Notes under the pieces: generated by a model
The model's database searches: none
What the model was told of the DNA's origin: nothing
Seen by the model: only the letters and a program-made list of their open reading frames with translations
Shown: positions 1 to 8,926 of the stretch, in pieces
Layout: each line of letters starts with the position of its first letter
How positions within the stretch are numbered: the stretch's first letter is position 1
NCBI GenBank assembly: GCA_014240455.1
Contig: JAAZWY010000001.1
Location: forward strand, 87,924-151,923
Length of the DNA: 64,000 nt
Direction of reading: 5' to 3'
DNA from: Nanobdellota archaeon
Lineage (GTDB): Archaea; Nanobdellota; Nanobdellia; UBA10117; ARS21
Made by a program: the position numbers and the translations under genes

Positions 1-1
1 T

Positions 2-880
2 AGCGATCACTTAGCTGTTGAATCAATCACCGTTGGTGAATACTGTGCAGGTGAAACTGCAGAAGTTAAAGTTAAGATTGCAAATATTGGAACAACACGA
101 ATGGATGATACTGACGATATTCAAGTTAGAATGACTGTTGGAAACTTCAATTTTGATGAAACAATTAAATGGACTGAAGATTTCAGATCTGGAGACTCAG
201 AATTATTTACATTTAATGTAGAAATTCCAGAAACAGCAACAGGTTCAAACCTTATGGATGTTTCTGTATTCCATGATCGAGATACAGATTCCGGAGACGA
301 TGGTTCAACTCTTTCAACAACTTATCAAGTTGCAACTGATAATTGTGCAGAAGTTGTAAGTTCTGATGCACAAGGAATAATTACTGGAACAGCTGTTGCT
401 GAAGGAACAGTTGGAAATCCAACTCGATATGATTTGACAATCTTGAACACTGGTTCAAGTTCGGCAACATATGACTTGGAAATTTCAGGAATTACTGGAT
501 GGGCAACATCACAAGTTGAACCAGCAAGCACAATTACTGTTGGAGCAGGTGAAACTGCAACTGTGTATGTTTACTTAACTCCAACTGAGGACGCAGCAGA
601 AAGCAACGCTGCGGTAATAACTTTGAAATCTGGAGAAACTATACTTCAAACAAAAACAGTAACAATGAATGTTGCTGGTTCTTCAATTTCAACATATACA
701 AATGCTTTACTCGGTTCAAGTTTCGCTGACTTTGGTACAAACCAACAAAATTTGATTACTTTGTTGTCTCTTGTAACAATCTTGTTTGTGACTGTAGGAA
801 CACTTTACACAGCAACACAACCAACAAGAACTTCAGCAAAAAATAAAAAGAAACGAGCAACAAAAAAGGAGCGTAAATAA
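2..880 (+). CDS. Secreted cell-surface protein, 5'-partial (reading frame open from window edge); CARDB-like repeats (NTGSSSATYDLEISGITGW...V.V.LTP), C-terminal TM helix plus basic tail KNKKKRATKKERK
   Basis: Frame is open from nt 2 upstream of the annotated Met; repeat motif shared with next two genes; hydrophobic C-terminal segment followed by Lys/Arg tail. Confidence 0.6.
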   Translation, partial: SDHLAVESITVGEYCAGETAEVKVKIANIGTTRMDDTDDIQVRMTVGNFNFDETIKWTEDFRSGDSELFTFNVEIPETATGSNLMDVSVFHDRDTDSGDDGSTLSTTYQVATDNCAEVVSSDAQGIITGTAVAEGTVGNPTRYDLTILNTGSSSATYDLEISGITGWATSQVEPASTITVGAGETATVYVYLTPTEDAAESNAAVITLKSGETILQTKTVTMNVAGSSISTYTNALLGSSFADFGTNQQNLITLLSLVTILFVTVGTLYTATQPTRTSAKNKKKRATKKERK

Positions 881-889
881 ACTCGCTCC
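868..889 (+). terminator. Hairpin ggagcg(n10)cgctcc overlapping the stop codon of the first surface-protein gene, followed by pyrimidine-rich tract
   Basis: Inverted repeat 868-873/884-889 seen directly; same hairpin-over-stop architecture recurs at end of second gene (2489-2510). Confidence 0.3.
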
Positions 890-901
890 CTCATACTCTC
901 A

Positions 902-917
902 CCTGAGGTACCTCAGG
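902..917. promoter_or_regulatory. Perfect 16-bp palindrome cctgaggtacctcagg immediately upstream of GGAGGTG Shine-Dalgarno-like motif and ATG of second surface-protein gene
   Basis: Self-complementary sequence read directly; position between two co-directional surface protein genes suggests operator or RNA hairpin. Confidence 0.35.
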
Positions 918-930
918 AGGTGGAAATACA

Positions 931-2502
931 ATGAATAAAATAACAAAAATTATGGCTAGTTTGCTTTTGGTAACATTGGCAGTACTAGTACCAGTAAGTG
1001 CAGCAACACCTGTATTAGAAATTAGTCACATTAATGCTAATACCGGAGATAGCGCAACAGCACGAATTGTGACTTCTGAATTGGTGATGACGCAAGGTGG
1101 AATTCTTAGCATTGATATTGATGTTATGAATACGCTTTCAACAGATTACACATTAGAAGTTATCGTAACTGGTGACGGAATTGACAACACAAAGACAGAA
1201 ACATTAGACATTCCAGCAAATCTAGGTTCTATTGCAGAAACTGTGACTGCTGAATTTGTTCTAGACAGTGTTCTGACAGAAGGACAACACACTACAAATG
1301 TACAATTAAATCTTAACGATATGACTCAAACACAAGACACAGGTTCATTATCAATGGATTTAACTGTTAACTCAGAAACTCCAGCAATTCATGAAGAAAA
1401 TTTGATTACAGCTGATTTGGATGAAACAACTTTGAATCCAGGTGACACTGTTGTAGTTGAAATTGATCTTGAAAATGGTGCAACTGATTATGACGAAGTA
1501 ACTGTTGAAGCTAAGATTTTAGATTCAAACGGTGAAAGAGTTGGAGACAAAGTTGAAGTAAACGTTGGTCACTTAGAAGCTGATTACGACGAAACTATGA
1601 CTGTGTCAATGGCACTTCCATCTGATATAGATACTGGCGCATATACAGTTCAAATTGTTGCAACTGGAGATGTTGAAAGTGGATCAGTTGTTTACACAGA
1701 TGCACAATTAGACACAGCAACATTGAATTTCGATGTTGAAAGACATGAACACAGTTTGACTATTGAATCTGTTCAACACAATTCAAATGCACAAGCAGGT
1801 GACACATACAGTGTTGCAGTTAGTGTTTTGAATAACGGAGAAAACTATGAAGAAAATGTTGTTATCACTGTCGCTATGGCAGGAGTAACTCAAACTTCAA
1901 CAACTTTCTCAGTTGACCAAGATGACGAAATTGTTCAATATTTCAACTTAGCTGTTCCAAGTGACGCACGAAGTTCAGAAGTATTAACTGTACTAGTAAA
2001 TGGAGAAGACTCTTCAGCAACATATTCAGCTGAAGTAAATGTTGGCGCAAGCACAACTGTAAGCTCTGCTGGATTATCAGCAACTGTTGACTCAGTTTCC
2101 AAGACTATTGGAGATGAAGGAACAGCATATATGATAACTCTAGTAAACAACGATGATTCTACAAGAACTGTCGCTGTTTCAGTAGGTGGAGTACAAGGTT
2201 GGGCAGATGCTACAATTACACCTGCAACTCTAACATTGGCTCCAGGGTCAAACGGAATTGCAAGCGTATACATTAACCCAGCATCAAGTGCTGAAGGAAC
2301 AAACGCTTTCACTGTTTATGTAAGTGAAGGAAATCAAGTGATTTCAAGCGTAGGTCTAACAGCAACAATTGATGATGCAATGAACACAATGTCAATGATC
2401 TTGGCAGGAATTGCATTGGTTATTGTATTTATGGCATACCAACAAAGAACAAGTCCAAAGAAAGGACGACGTTCTAAGAAATCTAAGCGAGTCTACTACT
2501 AA
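931..2502 (+). CDS. Secreted cell-surface protein with N-terminal signal peptide, CARDB-like repeats, C-terminal TM anchor and basic tail (KKGRRSKKSKR)
   Basis: Signal-peptide-like N-terminus MNKITKIMASLLLVTLAVLVPVSAATP; C-terminal hydrophobic helix MSMILAGIALVIVFMAY then basic tail. Confidence 0.65.
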   Translation: MNKITKIMASLLLVTLAVLVPVSAATPVLEISHINANTGDSATARIVTSELVMTQGGILSIDIDVMNTLSTDYTLEVIVTGDGIDNTKTETLDIPANLGSIAETVTAEFVLDSVLTEGQHTTNVQLNLNDMTQTQDTGSLSMDLTVNSETPAIHEENLITADLDETTLNPGDTVVVEIDLENGATDYDEVTVEAKILDSNGERVGDKVEVNVGHLEADYDETMTVSMALPSDIDTGAYTVQIVATGDVESGSVVYTDAQLDTATLNFDVERHEHSLTIESVQHNSNAQAGDTYSVAVSVLNNGENYEENVVITVAMAGVTQTSTTFSVDQDDEIVQYFNLAVPSDARSSEVLTVLVNGEDSSATYSAEVNVGASTTVSSAGLSATVDSVSKTIGDEGTAYMITLVNNDDSTRTVAVSVGGVQGWADATITPATLTLAPGSNGIASVYINPASSAEGTNAFTVYVSEGNQVISSVGLTATIDDAMNTMSMILAGIALVIVFMAYQQRTSPKKGRRSKKSKRVYY

Positions 2503-2535
2503 GTAGACTCCTTATTTTCTTTTCTTTTTTTTATA
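2489..2535 (+). terminator. Hairpin gagtctac(tactaa)gtagactc spanning the stop codon followed by T-rich tract (archaeal oligo-T terminator-like)
   Basis: Inverted repeat 2489-2496/2503-2510 and run cttattttcttttcttttttttat read directly. Confidence 0.4.
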
Positions 2536-2611
2536 GTTTATTAATCAGATAAATCTTTTTATATTCAGTTCTGACGGTACACCAAGGTAGAACTGCCTTA
2601 GGACTAATAAA

Positions 2612-5125
2612 ATGATGAAGAAACTTTTCATGACTTTGGCCATTCTTACGCTAGTTATGCAACCGGCCTTTGCTTTTACTCTTTCTTCAGCCGATCAGAG
2701 TATTTCAACATGTCCAAGTAATACTGGATTGTTTGTTGCTCAAGTTGGCAATTCTGGAAGTTCTACAGAGACTTACAGTTTAGGCGTGTCTGGAGCTGCT
2801 AGTGGTTGGGCAAGTGTTGCACCTGCCGGATTTGCTTTAGGACCAAGCCAGTCTCAAGATGTTTATGTTTATGTTACTCCTTCTTCAAATGCTCAAGCAG
2901 GTAATTATCCTTTAACTTTAACTGTTTCTTCTGGATCTTCAAGTCAAAATTTACTTTTTGATTATGAAGTTGAATCCTGTCATGATATTTCATTGACTGC
3001 TCAAGTCAATGAGCTATCGGTTTGCTCAGGAAATTCAGCAAGTTATACGTTAAATCTTAGAAACGAAGGTCAATGGGAAGACACATTTGATTTGGCAGTT
3101 TCTGGCGAAGCTGGACCTTGGTCAAGTTTGAGTAGAAATTCAGTTTCACTTGCACCTGGTGAGTCTGAACAAGTTAGTGTTTTAGTTACTCCTCCGCGAA
3201 ATAATGTTGGAGTTTATTCATTGGCAGTATCTGCTACTTCTCAAAGTGCAGGCGTTGTTGTTGCCCAATCTTTAACAATCACTTCAAGATCATGTTATGA
3301 TTTTGATATGGCTGCATCAGAAAATTATGTTTCATTTTGTGATAATTCTGAAGCAAAAGTACCGGTGACAATTACAAATTCAGGATCAGAAAATAATGTT
3401 TATAGTTTGGATTTAGACGGAACTGGTTGGTCAGTTCTTGATAGGGATTCAATTAGTGTTCCTGCCGGCGCGAGCAGCACATTCAATTTAATATTAACTC
3501 CAGGATTTGGAGATGTTGGAACAAGCGTTTTCAATATTGATGCCGAAGCTGCTACTGGAGATACATCTGATTCAGTAACAATTAATGCGAATGTTTTAAC
3601 CTGTAGAGATACAAGTTTGGATATTGAGAGCTCAAGTATTGAACTTTGCTCAGGAACAAGTGACACTGTTGATGTTATGCTGACGAATGCAGGACAGTTC
3701 CAAGAAAGCTACTCATTAACTGTCGATGGACCAAGTTGGGTTACATTAGATAGAAATTCAGTAATTCTTGCTTCAGGAGAATCATCATCAATGCAATTAT
3801 CTTTAACTCCACCTACAAACGTTGGATTGATTTATGAAGACGTCACAATTAATGCCAGATCTCAAAATGTTGGAAACACACAAGATTCTGATGCGATTAG
3901 AGTAAATGTTCCTGTTCGAGCAGCATGTTATAATGTTGATCTTACTGCAGAACACAAGTCAGTAACTGTTGCATATGGTGAGGGTGCATTAGTTCCTATT
4001 GTTGTTCGAAATACGGGTTCTCAAAGTAATATTTATGAATTTACAATTTCCGGAGACGGAGCTCAATTTGCACAAATTAATCCAGGCGCAATTGAAGTCG
4101 AAGGCAATACTGTTGAGGAAACTTATTTGTATATTTCAGTTCCACTTGATGCAGCAAAGAATTCTTACACTATTTCTGTAGCAGCTCAATCAGGAGACTT
4201 AAGAGATTCAACATCAGTCTTTTTAACAGTCTCAGATGAAGAACCTAAATTTGTTGGAACAATTCCAGGAAGCGATTCTGGATTACTTTCATCAGTATGG
4301 GGAGAGCTATCTGTTTTATATTCCGTTGCCTCTAATTTTGTTGTAAATTATTGGTTTGTATTTCCGGCACTATTAGCACTGTTGGTTGTGCTTTATGGAC
4401 TTGGAAGAGTTCGTGATTCTGAATCTTGGATGAAAGATTTGGAACTTCTTGAACAAGAGTTAGAGTTTTCTGAAAAGAAAGCAAAACCTAAACCTAAGAA
4501 GACACAACCATCATTGCTAAAACGATTCTCAGATTGGTTAATGGAAGAAGATGAAGTAAAAATAATAACTAAATCTAAACCACTGATTAAATCTGAAACT
4601 AAAGTTAAGAAAGAACCAGGAATATTCCAACGGTTTTCAGATTGGTTAATGGAAGAAGATACGCCAAAGGCTAAACCTAAACCTAAACCAAAGAAAGAAT
4701 CAGGAATGCTAAAACGAATCTCAGATTGGTTAATGGAAGATGATGAAGTTGTTCAAGTAACGCGTAAACCTGGAAAATCATTTTTTGAACAAGCTAAAGA
4801 ATTTCTTTTTGAAGAAGTCCCAGTTGCTGAAGAAAAAATAAAAGTTAAGGCTAAACCTAGAACAAAGAAAAAAGAAAAAGGAATTTGGCAAAAATTCATT
4901 GACTGGTTAGAAGAGGAAGATGAACCAAAAGTTAAGGTTAAACGCACAGTTAAGAAAGTAGCACCTAAGAAGACACAACCAGGGATCCTTCAACGATTTT
5001 CAGATTGGTTAATGGAAGAAGATGAACCAAAGGCTAAAGAAAAACCTAAACCTAAACCTAAACCAAAGAAAAAAGAAAAAGGAATTTGGCAAAAATTCAT
5101 TGATTGGTTAGAAGAGGAAGATTAA
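2612..5125 (+). CDS. Large type-I membrane surface protein: signal peptide, about 6 CARDB-like repeats (N.G...TYSL..G..W..L....L.PGES..V.V.VTPP), TM helix (FVFPALLALLVVLYGLG), then about 240-aa cytoplasmic tail with about seven (R/K)FSDWLMEED repeats separated by KPKPK linkers
   Basis: Repeats and TM read directly from translation; tail motif copies LLKRFSDWLMEEDE, IFQRFSDWLMEEDT, MLKRISDWLMEDDE, IWQKFIDWLEEEDE (x2), ILQRFSDWLMEEDE. Confidence 0.7.
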   Translation: MMKKLFMTLAILTLVMQPAFAFTLSSADQSISTCPSNTGLFVAQVGNSGSSTETYSLGVSGAASGWASVAPAGFALGPSQSQDVYVYVTPSSNAQAGNYPLTLTVSSGSSSQNLLFDYEVESCHDISLTAQVNELSVCSGNSASYTLNLRNEGQWEDTFDLAVSGEAGPWSSLSRNSVSLAPGESEQVSVLVTPPRNNVGVYSLAVSATSQSAGVVVAQSLTITSRSCYDFDMAASENYVSFCDNSEAKVPVTITNSGSENNVYSLDLDGTGWSVLDRDSISVPAGASSTFNLILTPGFGDVGTSVFNIDAEAATGDTSDSVTINANVLTCRDTSLDIESSSIELCSGTSDTVDVMLTNAGQFQESYSLTVDGPSWVTLDRNSVILASGESSSMQLSLTPPTNVGLIYEDVTINARSQNVGNTQDSDAIRVNVPVRAACYNVDLTAEHKSVTVAYGEGALVPIVVRNTGSQSNIYEFTISGDGAQFAQINPGAIEVEGNTVEETYLYISVPLDAAKNSYTISVAAQSGDLRDSTSVFLTVSDEEPKFVGTIPGSDSGLLSSVWGELSVLYSVASNFVVNYWFVFPALLALLVVLYGLGRVRDSESWMKDLELLEQELEFSEKKAKPKPKKTQPSLLKRFSDWLMEEDEVKIITKSKPLIKSETKVKKEPGIFQRFSDWLMEEDTPKAKPKPKPKKESGMLKRISDWLMEDDEVVQVTRKPGKSFFEQAKEFLFEEVPVAEEKIKVKAKPRTKKKEKGIWQKFIDWLEEEDEPKVKVKRTVKKVAPKKTQPGILQRFSDWLMEEDEPKAKEKPKPKPKPKKKEKGIWQKFIDWLEEED

Positions 5126-5856
5126 TGCCGTTCTTAGATGAGCAGTGGCCATTCAAATATAGTTTGTCACCTTGGTATATCAATAATGAAGATTTTGATG
5201 GAACGGATTTTGCTCCCTTGAATTTTAATTTAACTAAGGACGTTATGAATCAATTTGCGAAAGAAGCAAGAGATTTTCCTACCAAAGACGGAACTCCTTC
5301 TCGTGCAAGGCGGAACAAAGATGATCGGTTAATAATTCGCAGACCTTTTGATGGAATACTAAAGAGATTGAGAAAGATTAATGAAACCGAGTATATGATT
5401 TTAGGTTCCAGAATTATTGATAAAAACAGAATCGCTCCAGAAAAATCAATGAATCAGTTTAGATCTTTTGAATATGAATATGTTTTGAATTTAGATATAT
5501 GTTCAGATGCAAATTTCAATTCACTATTAGAATCACTTTCTTCGACGGAACCAAATCCTCAATTTTTGGAAGGAATCCTCCAGAAAAGAGATCGATTCAG
5601 TAAAGATTTCATTTCTGAAAGTGAAATTTCATTTGTTGATGTAACAAATAAGTATTGGAATTCATCAGATAATAAACATTCCTGGTTTGAAGTTTTTTAT
5701 ATGATTCCGAAAGCTTCTGAAAATAGAGATTTAGAGTTGAAAAGACTTCTCGAATCTAATTTTGATGGAGGCACTCATAAGCGTTATAGAAAATATCAAG
5801 AAGAACGTGCAATTCAAATGGTTGCAGAATGGGAAGCAGAACAATCTAGATCTTAA
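5125..5856 (+). CDS. Hypothetical cytoplasmic protein (243 aa from ATG overlapping upstream stop, TAATG); ORF-track start at 5104 would require TTG
   Basis: ATG at 5125 overlaps TAA of upstream gene, giving translational coupling; no recognisable family motif. Confidence 0.5.
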   Translation: MPFLDEQWPFKYSLSPWYINNEDFDGTDFAPLNFNLTKDVMNQFAKEARDFPTKDGTPSRARRNKDDRLIIRRPFDGILKRLRKINETEYMILGSRIIDKNRIAPEKSMNQFRSFEYEYVLNLDICSDANFNSLLESLSSTEPNPQFLEGILQKRDRFSKDFISESEISFVDVTNKYWNSSDNKHSWFEVFYMIPKASENRDLELKRLLESNFDGGTHKRYRKYQEERAIQMVAEWEAEQSRS

Positions 5857-6754
5857 TTTCCATGAAATCTTTTGCCATTGTCAATTTTCCTTTGAAAACT
5901 GATTTGGCTTCTTGTTGTAATTCTTTTGTTGAACGATATCTTTGTGAGAAGTGAGTTAGAACTAGATGTTTTACTTTTGCTTGCTTTCCAAGCCTTGCTG
6001 CTTCTTTAGTAGTCATGTGCCCACCTTTTTCTGCTGAACTCTTTACTTTATTTGAAAATGTTGCTTCACAAACAAATAAATCTGCATCCTTTGCGAGTTC
6101 AACAATTGGAGTGTAATAAGCAGTATCAATAGTTATTGCAAATTTCTTTCCATGTCGAGCGTAAGTTGCATCCTTTGCTTTGATTTTCTTACCTTCAATT
6201 ACAACATCTTTTCCTCGTTGTAATCGTTTTAGAGCTATATGTTGAGTAGGAATTCCTTTGGAATTTAGATAATTAGTATCAATTCTAAGTCGAGTTTTTT
6301 CTTCAAATGAATATCCAAAACACGGAATTGGATGCTTAAGTTTCAAAGCATTAATTTTATATTTATCAGTTTCACAAATTGTTTTGAGTTTTATATTTGA
6401 GAGTTCGTTGATTATTAATCTGTAGCTAAGTTTTTCATGTTCGTAAGCTTTCATAATTGCTGCGATTTTTTTACCAGTTCCTTTTGGTCCGTAAATTTCT
6501 AATGGAGTTTTTCGTTGGTTCATTGCCATACTCATTAGTAAACCCGGGAGTCCAAGAACGTGATCTCCGTGCCAGTGAGAAATGAAAATCTTTGTAATTT
6601 TTTGCGGATTTTCTCTCGCGATTCTAATTTGTCTTTGTGTTCCTTCTCCGCAATCAAATAAAAAAGACTCTCCCGAGTAGGTAAATAGACCTGCTGTCTG
6701 ATTTCTGTCTTTTGTTGGGAATGCAGAGGAGGTTCCCAAGATCTTTAGCTTCAT
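5846..6754 (-). CDS. rnz: Ribonuclease Z (tRNA 3' endonuclease, metallo-beta-lactamase fold)
   Basis: HWHGDH zinc motif, N-terminal GTSSAFPT...NQTAGLF...FLFDCGEGTQRQ typical of tRNase Z short form. Confidence 0.85.
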   Translation of the reverse strand: MKLKILGTSSAFPTKDRNQTAGLFTYSGESFLFDCGEGTQRQIRIARENPQKITKIFISHWHGDHVLGLPGLLMSMAMNQRKTPLEIYGPKGTGKKIAAIMKAYEHEKLSYRLIINELSNIKLKTICETDKYKINALKLKHPIPCFGYSFEEKTRLRIDTNYLNSKGIPTQHIALKRLQRGKDVVIEGKKIKAKDATYARHGKKFAITIDTAYYTPIVELAKDADLFVCEATFSNKVKSSAEKGGHMTTKEAARLGKQAKVKHLVLTHFSQRYRSTKELQQEAKSVFKGKLTMAKDFMEIKI

Positions 6755-6854
6755 GTTGATACATAATCCTTTTAATGTATAAAAGAATAACTTTTTTACA
6801 CGAAGACTCTAACTTCTCGAGCAACAGTTCAGAAGGGGTACTTCTTGAAAAACA

Positions 6855-7346
6855 ATGGAAAAAGGAACCCTAATTGGAAATAAGGTCGTGCTCAGCACGA
6901 GTTCTCTATTTGATCGTAGTGTTTTTGGTACTTTGAATAAGCAAGGCGGTATTGAATTAAGTTCTGAAGAAGCACTTTATCTTGTAGAGAAGAAAAAAAT
7001 TGATGTAGGTACTAGTTTTGATAATCTGCGTAGAAAATTTAATCGAAGCAATAAGAATTTTGAAGAAAGATATGCTGTTTTCAGAGATTTGAGAAATCGA
7101 GGCTATATTTTGAAGAGTGGTTTGAAATTTGGTTGTGATTTTAGAGTTTATGATAAAGGTTCAAGACCTGGAAAAACTCATGCTAAATGGCTAGTGTTTT
7201 CTACCAAAGAAAATGCTAAGTCTTCTTGGAAAGAAATGTCTGGAATGGCACGAGTTGCAAATTCTACTAAGAAAAATGTCTTGGTCGGAATTGTAGATTC
7301 AGAAAATGGAGTTAGCTATTTTGAAGTTTCTTGGAGACGACCATGA
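6855..7346 (+). CDS. endA: tRNA-splicing (intron) endonuclease EndA
   Basis: C-terminal catalytic motif GCDFRVYDKG...HAKWLV matches archaeal EndA family (F/Y-RVY..G....H..LV). Confidence 0.8.
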   Translation: MEKGTLIGNKVVLSTSSLFDRSVFGTLNKQGGIELSSEEALYLVEKKKIDVGTSFDNLRRKFNRSNKNFEERYAVFRDLRNRGYILKSGLKFGCDFRVYDKGSRPGKTHAKWLVFSTKENAKSSWKEMSGMARVANSTKKNVLVGIVDSENGVSYFEVSWRRP

Positions 7347-7549
7347 GTGTTTATATTGGATGGGTTTGTAGGAATTGCAAACGTGCAGTAGGTTCTGAAA
7401 GACGTTCAATTAGCGTTAAATCAAGACTCAAATGTAAAATTTGTGAGAAAACACAAGTTTATGATGAGAGTATCAAATCAGGACTCTCTGATAATCCTTT
7501 AGTTATTGTTAAGTGGGTTCAAGAGTGGAATTCCCGAAAACTACATTAA
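7343..7549 (+). CDS. Small zinc-ribbon protein (CRNC...CKIC)
   Basis: Two CxxC pairs; ATG at 7343 overlaps endA stop as ATGA (ORF-track start 7331 is TTG). Confidence 0.5.
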   Translation: MSVYIGWVCRNCKRAVGSERRSISVKSRLKCKICEKTQVYDESIKSGLSDNPLVIVKWVQEWNSRKLH

Positions 7550-7855
7550 TTTTTGTGCTTCTTTGACTAGTTTTTCAATTTGTTCTAGTTTGTGTCTTAG
7601 CTCTCTTTTCTTTCCGAAATTGAATAAATCTACAAGAATATCTTTGAATACTTTGCTGTCTTTTTCTTTACTTAATTCCTCATATTGTTCAGGATCATCT
7701 TGACGCATAAATTCTGCAGCAATTTTCTGAGCCACAACCATTTCATTATCAGTGAAATCTAAATCAGAGAATAGTTCTTCCATCGACTGTTCTTTTTTAG
7801 AAGTCTTTTTAGCCATATTTTGATTAGTTTCTTTGGTTTTTATTGATTTGTTCAA
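7541..7855 (-). CDS. Hypothetical charged/coiled-coil protein
   Basis: ORF only; highly charged, no family motif recognised. Confidence 0.4.
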   Translation of the reverse strand: MNKSIKTKETNQNMAKKTSKKEQSMEELFSDLDFTDNEMVVAQKIAAEFMRQDDPEQYEELSKEKDSKVFKDILVDLFNFGKKRELRHKLEQIEKLVKEAQKLM

Positions 7856-7859
7856 TAGA

Positions 7860-8453
7860 TTAAATACTGAGTCTTGATTGATTTCTCTTTAGCCAAGCCT
7901 TGTGTTTTTTGAATTCAGGGCATTTTTCTTGGACTAATCGCCAGAATTCCTTAGAATGATTCATCTCAATTCGGTGGCATAATTCATGTATTACTACATA
8001 TTCAATTACTTCTGTTGGAGCCATAGCAAGACGCCAGTTGAAATTAAGATTTCCTGCTGAAGAGCAAGAACCCCACCTAGTTTTTTGACCTTTTATGAAT
8101 ACTTTATTTATGCCGTATTCGTTGTTTTCGTTATGAATTTCAAGCAATCCTTCGATGATTCGTTTAGTTTCATTCCTATAGAACGATTCTAAATCATTAT
8201 TTTCAAAGAATTCTGGAGGTTTTAGTTCTCCGAGATGTAGACATCCGTCTTCATTCATAACTAACTCATATTTTCGCCACTGTTTGTTGATCCATGCAGT
8301 CTTTTTCAACACAAACTTATCAATTTCGGTAGTTGGAATGTGTTTTCCTGCGTTAATTCTTAGACCTTCTTCATTGACTCGTAAGGAGATTCGGTTAGAA
8401 CGGGCCCTTCTTTTTAGAACTGTCGGCATACTTAATTGGTCGAAAAATTCCAT
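7860..8453 (-). CDS. YgjP-like (DUF45/COG1451) zinc metallohydrolase
   Basis: C-terminal HELCHRIEMNHSKEFW motif and N-terminal RRARSNRISLRV pattern characteristic of DUF45. Confidence 0.75.
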   Translation of the reverse strand: MEFFDQLSMPTVLKRRARSNRISLRVNEEGLRINAGKHIPTTEIDKFVLKKTAWINKQWRKYELVMNEDGCLHLGELKPPEFFENNDLESFYRNETKRIIEGLLEIHNENNEYGINKVFIKGQKTRWGSCSSAGNLNFNWRLAMAPTEVIEYVVIHELCHRIEMNHSKEFWRLVQEKCPEFKKHKAWLKRNQSRLSI

Positions 8454-8454
8454 A

Positions 8455-8850
8455 TTAGAACGGTAAATATCCCTTAATTAGTGGCCAAATAAATGGGGAA
8501 GTGGCAACCAGAATACCAAGTATAATACTATGAATCCAAGTTTCGTGTGTTCCTGGACCTCGAGATTTGGCAAATACTGCTGATTTTGCATGAACTATTA
8601 CTGCAGTTACTAGTGCTAGAATGATTAGCACTGCGATTTGATTCTGAAAGAATGTTGGAAGGAATCCAGAGTCTGTTGCTAAATTTATGTTGAATGCTAC
8701 AAAGGATAATGCAATTAAATATCCAATTGCACCCAGTCCATGACTTATTGTTGATTTTGCATCACCAGATAAGTCTTTTATCATAAATGCTATATCTACA
8801 ATTCCAACTAGAACTCCCATCACAATTGGTGCAAGTATCTCTAGAGCCAT
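8455..8850 (-). CDS. Hypothetical integral membrane protein (about 4 TM)
   Basis: Hydrophobic segments throughout. Confidence 0.5.
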   Translation of the reverse strand: MALEILAPIVMGVLVGIVDIAFMIKDLSGDAKSTISHGLGAIGYLIALSFVAFNINLATDSGFLPTFFQNQIAVLIILALVTAVIVHAKSAVFAKSRGPGTHETWIHSIILGILVATSPFIWPLIKGYLPF

Positions 8851-8926
8851 ATAAGTTAATTCTCATAATTCTATTTAAGTATTTTGGAGAAGAAACGCTT
8901 TAATAGATTCTTGTTTACTAAGAATT

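Noticed and set aside
5104-5124. ORF-track start (TTG) of the 250-aa ORF
   Set aside because: Would overlap upstream gene in another frame; ATG at 5125 overlapping the stop (TAATG) is the parsimonious start.
7506-7703. 65-aa + strand ORF of Ser/Leu/Cys low complexity
   Set aside because: Overlaps the better-supported minus-strand 104-aa ORF and the Zn-ribbon gene end; composition typical of antisense noise.
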